A stretch of DNA of 40,041 nucleotides, taken from positions 1 through 40,041 of the forward strand of contig JBKHIS010000002.1 in NCBI GenBank assembly GCA_046538535.1. Reading direction: 5' to 3'. Both the position numbers and the translations under genes were made by a program. Below the pieces are notes generated by a model. It had not been told where the DNA came from. It ran no database searches and saw only the letters and a program-made list of their open reading frames with translations. Each line of letters starts with the position of its first letter. The first letter of the stretch is position 1. This stretch comes from Candidatus Hadarchaeia archaeon. GTDB taxonomy: Archaea; Hadarchaeota; Hadarchaeia; Hadarchaeales; JAGGTB01. Positions 17,926-25,292 of this stretch are shown here, one piece after another.

Positions 17926-18056
17926 AATTTACATTTCTAGAAGTGAGGAGATTTAACAAAACCCCCCTTCCTTTAAATGATTATTTAAAGTCGACCAATC
18001 AAATAGGAGAAACATATAAAAGTTATGAATATATATTCAAAAAGAGTGTAAAAAAT

Positions 18057-18497
18057 ATGCCAAGAGGAGATGGAACCGGACCATTAGGGATGGGGCCTAT
18101 GACAGGAAGAGGCGCAGGTTATTGCGCAGGCTATAATACTCCAGGATTTGCAAACTCAGTTCCAAGAGCCGGACTCGGACTTCGTAGAGGAAGAGGAAGA
18201 TTCGGAGGACAAGGTAGACGGAGAAACATGTTTTACCTAATCGGACAGCCTGGCTGGATGAGATTCGGGTTCAGCCCCGGATGGAGCGGAACCCCACCTG
18301 GACTTCAGTATACAAATCAGGGTACACAACAGGGTGGACAAGCTCCACAAGGAAGCGCCAATCCGATCAGTGGCCCACAAGCCCCAGGAACTCAAGATAC
18401 CAGTAGACAGGAAGTAAAAGTTCTAGAGAACCAGATGGAAGCCCTAAAAGCCCAAATGGACCAGATAAGGGAAAGAATAGATCAGCTTAAACGATAG
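18057..18497 (+). CDS. DUF5320-like protein (Gly/Arg-rich N-terminus, C-terminal coiled coil)
   Basis: From ATG 18057 the sequence reads MPRGDGTGPLGMGPMTGRGAGYCAG...RRGRGRFGGQGRRR. The C-terminus is VLENQMEALKAQMDQIRERIDQLKR. The track ORF start at 17943 is probably too early. Confidence 0.7.
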   Translation: MPRGDGTGPLGMGPMTGRGAGYCAGYNTPGFANSVPRAGLGLRRGRGRFGGQGRRRNMFYLIGQPGWMRFGFSPGWSGTPPGLQYTNQGTQQGGQAPQGSANPISGPQAPGTQDTSRQEVKVLENQMEALKAQMDQIRERIDQLKR

Positions 18498-18523
18498 ACC
18501 ACTTCGACAAAGGAAGGATTAAA

Positions 18524-19021
18524 ATGAAAAAGATAGTAGTCGCAACACAACAAGGTGGATTGGAAGATCAAGTTTCCCCTGTATTCGGTAGGTGCCAAAC
18601 TTATACAGTCGTAGAGGTAGAAGAAGGAAAAATAAAGAATTCCAGGGTTTTCCAGAATGAATATATAAACGCAATGTCCGGAGCAGGAATACAAGCAGCG
18701 GGTTTCGTGACCAACCAAAACGCTGAAGCTGTAATTTCAGGCAACTTTGGGCCGAACGTGACTTCGGTACTAAATCAGTCAGGAGTAAAGATGGTGCCCG
18801 TCTCCGGAATGAATGTCAAGGAAGCAGTGGAAAATTACCTGCAAGGAGAGCTTCAACCAGTATCACAAGCAACAATACCAGCAAAAAGAGGAATCGGCCG
18901 AGGCGGGGGCATAGGAATGGGGGTAGAAATGAAAAACCAGAGGATGCAGCATACCCCTCAAGAACTGATATCAGAGAACTCACAACAAGAAAAACGGAAA
19001 CCACCTCAGAACAAAAGGTGA
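18524..19021 (+). CDS. NifX/NifB-C-terminal-like (dinitrogenase FeMo-cofactor-binding fold family) protein with a Gly/Arg-rich tail
   Basis: Motifs MKKIVVATQQGGLEDQVSPVFGRCQTYTVVEV and AEAVISGNFGPN. The tail reads KRGIGRGGGIGMG. Confidence 0.75.
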   Translation: MKKIVVATQQGGLEDQVSPVFGRCQTYTVVEVEEGKIKNSRVFQNEYINAMSGAGIQAAGFVTNQNAEAVISGNFGPNVTSVLNQSGVKMVPVSGMNVKEAVENYLQGELQPVSQATIPAKRGIGRGGGIGMGVEMKNQRMQHTPQELISENSQQEKRKPPQNKR

Positions 19022-19107
19022 TGAAGTTGGAAGAGAGAATAGAAAACCTAGAAGGCAATCTGAACGAAATTAGTAAAGCAATAAAGGAGCTGAAAAAGGA
19101 GAGATAA
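19021..19107 (+). CDS. 28-aa coiled-coil mini-ORF resembling the DUF5320 C-terminus
   Basis: The sequence is ATG-MKLEERIENLEGNLNEISKAIKELKKER-TAA. Its ATG overlaps the upstream stop (ATGA), and its stop lies 2 nt before the next start. It is too short for the ORF track. Confidence 0.4.
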   Translation: MKLEERIENLEGNLNEISKAIKELKKER

Positions 19108-19109
19108 AC

Positions 19110-19298
19110 ATGGGACGAGATAAAGATCAAACGAGTAGAGGACGTGGCAGGGGGAAAGGAGGCCAAGGTAGAGGAGGAGGTGGAACAACAGTTTGCGTTT
19201 GCCCAAACTGTGGTCACGAAGAGAATCATCAAAAGGGAGTTCCTTGCTTTGAGAAAACCTGTCCCGAGTGCGGAACAAATCTCGTTGGCAAGAGGTGA
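19110..19298 (+). CDS. small Gly/Arg-rich protein with C-terminal four-Cys zinc ribbon (paralog of 64..243)
   Basis: The sequence is MGRDKDQTSRGRGRGKGGQGRGGGG followed by CVCPNCGHEENHQKGVPCFEKTCPECG. Confidence 0.65.
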   Translation: MGRDKDQTSRGRGRGKGGQGRGGGGTTVCVCPNCGHEENHQKGVPCFEKTCPECGTNLVGKR

Positions 19299-19303
19299 AA
19301 AAA

Positions 19304-19687
19304 ATGAAGGTTGCTGTAACAGCCGAAGGAAAGAGTCTTGAGAGCAAAGTAAGTCCAATCTTCGGCCGCTGTCAGTGCTTTGTTACCGCTAAACTAGAGG
19401 ACGGAGAAATCAAAAAGGTAGAGGGGGAAGAAAACCTCGCTGCGAGTAATTCAAGCGGAGCCGGAACTGCCGCCGCCCAGAGAATAGGCGACAAAGGAGC
19501 AGAGGGCCTGATTACTGGAGGGGTAGGACCTAAAGCTTTTTCGGCCCTGAAAAAATGGAATATAGAAGTATTCAGAGGAGAGCCCGGAACCGTAAAGGAA
19601 AACATCGAAAAACTTGACTCAGGTGAGTTGGAGAAATTCGAATCACCTTCAGTAGAAGCACATATGGGAATGGAAGAAAACATGTAA
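19304..19687 (+). CDS. NifX/NifB-C-terminal-like protein
   Basis: Motifs MKVAVTAEGKSLESKVSPIFGRCQCFVTAKL and GLITGGVGPKAF. AGAGGTGA lies upstream of ATG 19304. T-rich tracts follow the stop (19715-19740). Confidence 0.75.
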   Translation: MKVAVTAEGKSLESKVSPIFGRCQCFVTAKLEDGEIKKVEGEENLAASNSSGAGTAAAQRIGDKGAEGLITGGVGPKAFSALKKWNIEVFRGEPGTVKENIEKLDSGELEKFESPSVEAHMGMEENM

Positions 19688-19801
19688 AGATGGGGCACGC
19701 TGACACCATTCCTCTCCTTTTAATTTTATTTTGAGTTTTAAAATCCAGACAATAATGCAGATCATATAATCATCAAGGCGTATCAAAGGAGTAATCATAA
19801 A

Positions 19802-19828
19802 GGAAAACTTGAGGGAGAAAAGTTTTCC
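19802..19828 (+). promoter_or_regulatory. perfect 9-bp hairpin in the leader of the Mrp-like gene, with a purine-rich loop
   Basis: GGAAAACTT (19802-19810) pairs with AAGTTTTCC (19820-19828). The loop is GAGGGAGAA. It ends 41 nt before ATG 19870. Confidence 0.3.
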
Positions 19829-19869
19829 GTTAAACCAACATCCAGTAATCAACAGAGGTGTTGAATGAT

Positions 19870-20700
19870 ATGGAAAAGAAAAGAGAGTCAATGGAAGAAA
19901 TGAAGAAAAAAATAGAGAAGAGAATGGAGGACATCGATCACACAGTTGTAGTAATGAGTGGAAAAGGAGGAGTAGGAAAAAGTACCTTTGCTACGAATCT
20001 TGCAACCAAACTAGCGCAAGATGGATTAGAAGTCGGAATTCTGGACTGTGACATGCACGGACCCAGCGTTCCCAAAATCACCGGCATAAGCTATGAAAGA
20101 AGACCCAAAGGAGACGAATACTCAATGGAACCTATATCAACGGACTATGGCCTAAAGGTAATGTCATTAGGTTCCCTTCTGCCTGAGAAGGACTCACCCG
20201 TAGTATGGAGAGGACCTCTAAAGATGAGAACAATTCAGCAATTCCTTGGCAACGTCAATTGGGGGGATTTGGACTATCTAATTTTTGACCTGCCACCGGG
20301 AACTGGAGACGAACCGTTAAGCATAGCGCAACTAATCCCTGATCCCGACGGAGCAGTCATAATTACCACACCGCAGGATGTCGCACTTCAAACGATTAGG
20401 AGATCGCTAAAATTTGCCGAAAAGGTAGATCTACCCATCTTAGGACTTGTAGAAAATATGAGTGGTTTTGTATGTCCTAACTGCGGAGAGGAAATAGATA
20501 TATTCACCTCCGGAGGCGGTAAATCCCTTTCAGAAGAGCTTAACTTGCCATTTTTGGGTACCATACCTTTGGATCCAGATATAGTCAAAAGCGGAGAGGA
20601 GGAAAGACCAATTGTACTGGACAAAGACAGTAAAATCGCCGGTCTATTTGGAAATATTGCCTCCGAAATCAGAAAATCCATTGAGGAAGATACCAGTTAA
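19870..20700 (+). CDS. Mrp/NBP35/ApbC-family Fe-S cluster carrier ATPase
   Basis: Motifs VVVMSGKGGVGKST, DLPPGTGDE and CPNCG. ATG 19870 has AGAGGTG 9 nt upstream. The track start 19858 is a GTG alternative. Confidence 0.85.
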   Translation: MEKKRESMEEMKKKIEKRMEDIDHTVVVMSGKGGVGKSTFATNLATKLAQDGLEVGILDCDMHGPSVPKITGISYERRPKGDEYSMEPISTDYGLKVMSLGSLLPEKDSPVVWRGPLKMRTIQQFLGNVNWGDLDYLIFDLPPGTGDEPLSIAQLIPDPDGAVIITTPQDVALQTIRRSLKFAEKVDLPILGLVENMSGFVCPNCGEEIDIFTSGGGKSLSEELNLPFLGTIPLDPDIVKSGEEERPIVLDKDSKIAGLFGNIASEIRKSIEEDTS

Positions 20701-20715
20701 AATCGAAGGGTTTTT

Positions 20716-21545
20716 ATGAAAATAGCAGTTGCAAGCGGAAAGAGTGGAACGGGTAAAACCACAGTAGCCTTAAATTTAACCCTTTCGATCTAAAATGGCC
20801 AGTTGCTAGACTGTGACGTTGAGGAACCCGATTGCCATCTTTTTTTGGATACGGATCTCAGAGAAGTAGAAAAGGTTACTTCCCCAAATCCAAAGATAAA
20901 TTCCGAAAAATGCGATCTATGCGGAAAATGTGCGGAGGTATGTAGATTTAATGCTATGGTAGTAACACCCGAAGAGGTAATGATATTTCCAGAATTATGC
21001 CATTCATGCGGTATATGTAAGTTGGCGTGTCCAAGAGACGCCATTACCGAAGAGGAAAAACTCATAGGAAGGATAGAGCACAGCGACATGGCGATTGACT
21101 TTTACCACGGAATTCTCGAAACCGGTGAGCTCCTCGCTGCCCCTGTCATAGAATCCGTAAAATCATATGCGAACCAAGAAAAAACGTAATCATCGATGTT
21201 CCCCCTGGAAACGCACGTGCAGCAGTCGAAGCAGTCGAAGGGTCCGACTTCTGTATACTTGTAACGGAGCCAACACCATTCGGATTACACGATCTAAAGC
21301 TATCTGTACAGATGTTGGAAATTACTAATATTCCGTACGGAGTAGTGATAAACAGGTCAAATATTGGGAATAAGGAAGTCGAGAAATTCTGTAAAGAAAG
21401 AAACATTCCCATTTTGATGAAGATTCCTAACGACAGAAAAATCGCTGAACTATATTCGAATGGAATCCCTTTTGTGCAAGAAATGGAAGGTTGGAAGGAA
21501 AAATTCTCCGAACTATTCAAAAAAATACTGAGGATGTCAAATTGA
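20716..21545 (+). pseudogene. MinD-superfamily P-loop ATPase with inserted 2x[4Fe-4S] ferredoxin domain (COG1149-like), disrupted
   Basis: ATG 20716 gives MKIAVASGKSGTGKTTVALNLTLSI, then an in-frame TAA (20791-20793). The same frame continues NGQLLDCDVEEP...CDLCGKCAEVCRFNA...CHSCGICKLACP...SYANQEK. The frame then breaks in an A6 run (21179-21184). The shifted frame (21183 onward) reads NVIIDVPPG...VTEPTPFGLHDL and ends at 21545. Confidence 0.8.
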
Positions 21546-22405
21546 AGGAATTAACAGTCATTTCTGGCAAGGGAGGAACGGGCAAAACAACCATCACAGC
21601 CGCCCTTGTATCTCTCGCTAGTAACGCGACTTTGGCGGACGCCGACTGCGATGCCTCCAATCTCCAACTCATTCTGACCCCAAAAATAATGGAAAAAAAG
21701 GAATATTTCGGATCCTCAACAGCTGTCAAAATCAAGGAATGCTCGATGTGCGGAAGGTGTAGAGAGGTCTGCCGATTTAACGCAATAGATGAGAAAATTA
21801 GAATAAGCGAAGTTAAGTGTGAGGGTTGCGGAGCCTGCGAGTTCGTATGCCCGGAAGACACAATCGAGATGAGGGAGGAAAAAACAGGCACAGTCTTCAA
21901 GTCTAGGACAAGGTTTGGTCCGATGGTTCATTCCGAACTCGAAATCGGAGAAGAGGCCTCCGGAAAAATGGTAACACAGGTTAAACAGGCCGCCCGCGAA
22001 CTTGCCGAAGAAAACGATCTACTAATCATAGACGGATCTCCAGGAATAGGCTGTCCCGTAATTGCGTCAATTAAGGGATCAGATCATGTCTTAGTCGTAA
22101 CGGAACCAACCGTTTCGGGAGTTCACGATTTAAAGCGTGTTTTAAGCGTAACAGACCACTTCGGAATAGATACCTCGGTCTGTATAAACAAATCAGATAT
22201 AAATCCGGGGAAAGTAGAGGAAATAAAGGAATTTTGTAATGAAACGGGAACTCCCATATTAGGAGAGGTACCTTATGATGAATCAGCAACAGAAGCCATG
22301 ATAAACGAAGAAACGGTCATTGAGTACTCAGAATCGAATATGTCAAACGAAATAAAGTCCCTATGGAAAAAATTAGAGAAAAGGATGGATAAAAATAACA
22401 AATAG
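21542..22405 (+). CDS. MinD-superfamily P-loop ATPase with inserted 2x[4Fe-4S] ferredoxin domain (COG1149-like), intact
   Basis: Motifs (M)KELTVISGKGGTGKTT, CSMCGRCREVCRFNA, CEGCGACEFVCP, IIDGSPGIGCP and VTEPT. TTG 21542 overlaps the upstream stop (TTGA) and has GAGGA 6 nt upstream. TTG 21491 is an alternative start. Confidence 0.8.
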   Translation: MKELTVISGKGGTGKTTITAALVSLASNATLADADCDASNLQLILTPKIMEKKEYFGSSTAVKIKECSMCGRCREVCRFNAIDEKIRISEVKCEGCGACEFVCPEDTIEMREEKTGTVFKSRTRFGPMVHSELEIGEEASGKMVTQVKQAARELAEENDLLIIDGSPGIGCPVIASIKGSDHVLVVTEPTVSGVHDLKRVLSVTDHFGIDTSVCINKSDINPGKVEEIKEFCNETGTPILGEVPYDESATEAMINEETVIEYSESNMSNEIKSLWKKLEKRMDKNNK

Positions 22406-22532
22406 ATTTAAAAAAAATTTTTATTTCAAAAACAGTTGCTCATATCCACATTACAAATTTCCAAATTCGGGTAGTAGCTAATGAAATTTGCACTTCCATG
22501 GGTGGAATAGGGAATCTAAGGAGGCGCTCCAT

Positions 22533-23185
22533 TTGAAACTTAAAATCGCATACGATAACAGAGCAAAAAAAGGATTCAAAAGTGGTTGGGGATTCGCCTG
22601 TATAATCGAAATAAACCAAGAAAAATTACTCTTCGATACCGGTTGGGATGTTAATATACTGATCTCAAATATGAAGAAACTAGAAGTTAAGGAAAAGACA
22701 TAGACCGATTGATTCTCTCGCATTCCCACTGGGACCACATAGGGGGATTGACTCATTTTCTAAGGCCCGAAATAGAAGTATATTTGCCTAAATCCTTCTC
22801 AGAACATCTCAAGGACGAACTAAATGATCGCGTCAATCTACATGAAGTCGATGAGCCCGAGAATATAACTTCAGGCGTATGGACAACGGGAGAGTTACAA
22901 AATAAAATTGAAGAACAATCCCTCGCTCTAGAAACGGACGGGGGAATTATTTCAGTGACTGGATGTTCACATCCCGGAGTTCCAAAAATACTTTCAAAAT
23001 CCTCAAAATTCGGGGAGTTGAGGGGAATCATAGGAGGATTTCATGGTTTCGAAGAATTCGAGGCCCTTGAGGGTCTAGAAATCATTGGCCCGACACATTG
23101 CACGAAAAATAGAGAGAAAATAAGAGAGCTGTTTCCGAGTAGATTTTTGGATGCAAAAACCGGAACAACTTTAAAAGTGGAATAA
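22533..23185 (+). pseudogene. MBL-fold metallo-hydrolase (COG1237-like) split by a 1-nt frameshift
   Basis: TTG 22533 has AAGGAGG 8 nt upstream and gives (M)KLKIAYDNRAKKGFKSGWGFACIIE...NMKKLEVKEKT, then stops at 22701-22703. The next frame reads (G)KDIDRLILSHSHWDHIGGL through to 23185. The break must lie in 22691-22700, which contains an A4 run. Confidence 0.7.
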
Positions 23186-23800
23186 ATTAAAACCAAACCG
23201 ATTTATGGCCCGGTTTCCTCTTTGAGACTAGGAAATTCCTAGAAATCGACTCCCCTCGCAGAGAGAGGTCAAAGGTCTGCGACTTCAACTGTATCTACTG
23301 CGCTTTGGGAGAAACTAAAGTCCGCGAGCATAAGACGATTTGTTGAAGAAAACACCAACGAGGGAGAATTGGAAAAAATTACCCGAAGATTTGGAATATG
23401 ATATAGCTACGGTTTCCAGCCCGTGCGAACCAACTACAGCCCTTAGTCTACCGAAATCGCAGAAACAACTAGAAAAAACCGTCTCACCCGGTCGCAATCT
23501 TAACAAACATCCCTAATGTCAAGGAAAAGAGTACGAAGGAAATTAAAATCCTTCGAGAGAATTAATGGACCATACATGCCTCTGAACTTCAAGGAAATCG
23601 TAAAAGGACATGGAAGATTCGCAAGGGATTTCAACTTAGTCGTCAAGGAGTCCTTTTCCCAACTAGTGAAATCGAGTTAGGTGGGGGGAGTTCAAGGGAA
23701 GGACCACACGTACCGTCAAAGAATCGGAAAAGCCAAAGATATACGAAACAGTTAGGGAAGAAAAAATAAGACTGATCAAAAGAGGAGGGAAAAAGAAAAC
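23186..23800 (+). pseudogene. eroded radical-SAM gene relic
   Basis: Pieces in three frames can be joined by eye: IYGPVSSLRLGNS / LEIDSPRRERSKVCDFNCIYCALGET (CxxxCxxC at 23278-23301) / FVEENTNEGELEKI / DIATVSSPCEPT / PVAILTN / GPYMPLNFKEIVKGHGRFARDF. They are separated by at least five stops or frameshifts, and no start codon is visible. Confidence 0.7.
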
Positions 23801-23811
23801 CTACTTAAGCT

Positions 23812-24651
23812 TCAACCATTCCAGGGTTTCGACCATTTCACTATCATATCTCCCTCTTCCGCTCCAAGATCCTCACCTATCAACGGACACTTTACTATTA
23901 GGAGAAAGAATAAGTTGGCTTCTACTTCACTGAAGGCCTCGTAGTTGGCTTGGCCCTTACTGATCACAACTTCCGCGCTCTTTAAACGTTCCTTTAGACT
24001 TTCAGATAGACTATCCAGCTTTTCTATCTCCTTAATTTCAGCAATTTCATCCAGTCCCACGTACTTCGCGTCACTTAGCATCGCATCATTCATTATCGGT
24101 GATCCCCTAACGAACAACTCTACTTTCTTATCCTTTAATTCCTCGAGTAAAAGACGGTCCAAAACTATCTCACCGGAGTTATCCGAAATGTAAACTACCT
24201 CTTCAGCCTCATTAAGTTCTCTTCTAAAATCTTCATAATCGTCGATCGCAAAATCCTGTTCCAAAGAATTTTCCAGGACCTCCTCCACGTTAAACGAATT
24301 GTTTGGTCCAAAGTCAATTATATTTCCAGCTATTGCCATTTTAGTAGCTGTCAAAAACTGATCATCGGAACGCTCAATTTTTTGCTTTAACTCAGGATAC
24401 ATATCCAATAACTTCTCATTAAAGCTTTGTTTGATATCGCTGTAAGGATCCTCTACTCCAATCTCTTCTATGACCATTCTCGCAGCCCTGTGAGAAATTT
24501 CCAATGGCATGCCCTTCCAGCTGACCTCGCTGAGCTCGGTTAACACTTTTCTTAAAGCCGACTCCTGCAACTCCCTGTCATCAGTTGCCATCCTGCTGGC
24601 CTCTAAGGCCTGTCTCAGGGCACAAGGCACACAGTCCAGATATGTCTTCAA
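23812..24651 (-). CDS. DUF89 (damage-control phosphatase/ARMT1-like) protein, intact
   Basis: Motifs (M)KTYLDCVPCALRQALEASRM and ISKGQANYEAFSE. TTG start with AGGAGGTG upstream. By eye, roughly half the residues are identical to 1201..2063. Confidence 0.8.
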   Translation of the reverse strand: MKTYLDCVPCALRQALEASRMATDDRELQESALRKVLTELSEVSWKGMPLEISHRAARMVIEEIGVEDPYSDIKQSFNEKLLDMYPELKQKIERSDDQFLTATKMAIAGNIIDFGPNNSFNVEEVLENSLEQDFAIDDYEDFRRELNEAEEVVYISDNSGEIVLDRLLLEELKDKKVELFVRGSPIMNDAMLSDAKYVGLDEIAEIKEIEKLDSLSESLKERLKSAEVVISKGQANYEAFSEVEANLFFLLIVKCPLIGEDLGAEEGDMIVKWSKPWNG

Positions 24652-24791
24652 TTTTCCACCTCCTCTTTACGAATCGAACACAAATAATTGGAGGACCAAT
24701 TACCCTATCCTCAAAATCTTCAGGAGTTTTACCACGGAAACTACAACCTCAATCGCAAATCCTGATTAAGAGTCACTCAAATCGATAGGAA

Positions 24792-25163
24792 TTACTTATC
24801 CTCTCGCCCACGTCCATAGCCCTTCCCTCCGCCAGGACTGCACGGATTTGATCCGGAATCGATCTCGCCGTTCAATGCACTCTCGATTACCTCCTCCACT
24901 TTCACGCCTTCCAAACCGGAAGTAACTTCCACGCCATAATCCTCGAACAGAGAAATGGCCTTCCTCCCAATACCTCCAGCAATCAACCAGTCTATCCCCC
25001 TCTCGTTAAGGAACTCCGGAATGTATCCAGGTCTATGGCCCGGATTTTCAATCCTTTTTTCCTCCTTAACCTGCCCATCCACCACCTCAACAATTGTAAA
25101 CTCCGGACATCTGCCAAAATGGCCCGAAACTTCATTTGAATCAGTTGGTACTGCAATTTTCAC
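24792..25163 (-). CDS. NifX/NifB-C-terminal-like protein with a Gly/Arg-rich tail
   Basis: Motifs MKIAVPTDSNEVSGHFGRCPEFTIVEV and WLIAGGIGRKA. The tail reads SPGGGKGYGRGREDK. Confidence 0.75.
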   Translation of the reverse strand: MKIAVPTDSNEVSGHFGRCPEFTIVEVVDGQVKEEKRIENPGHRPGYIPEFLNERGIDWLIAGGIGRKAISLFEDYGVEVTSGLEGVKVEEVIESALNGEIDSGSNPCSPGGGKGYGRGREDK

Positions 25164-25292
25164 GCATTTATCCTCCGTAAACTGTTAAGATATTATTAAT
25201 TATTATTCATAACAAATATAAACTCCATGTTTTAAAAAGAATTTCCATCAACGGAAAAAATCCTAGTGGTAACAAAATAAAGAGAACCCATC

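Noticed and set aside
18816-19358. 180-aa minus-strand ORF (and the 99-aa ORF at 19048..19347)
   Set aside because: Both are antisense to the tightly coupled NifX-like, mini-ORF, ribbon and NifX-like run, and both are low-complexity.
20791-20793. In-frame stop as recoding (Sec/Pyl-type readthrough)
   Set aside because: The codon is TAA, not TGA or TAG. The same gene also carries a frameshift and a degenerate Walker A motif, which fits a pseudogene.
21179-21184. Programmed frameshift or transcriptional slippage at the A6 run (also the A4 run at 22693-22696)
   Set aside because: The runs are shorter than those known to support efficient slippage. No slippery heptamer or downstream structure was seen. 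Sequencing error or mutation is the simpler explanation.
23315-23506. 63-aa minus-strand ORF
   Set aside because: It lies antisense to the radical-SAM relic and has no SD or recognisable motif.
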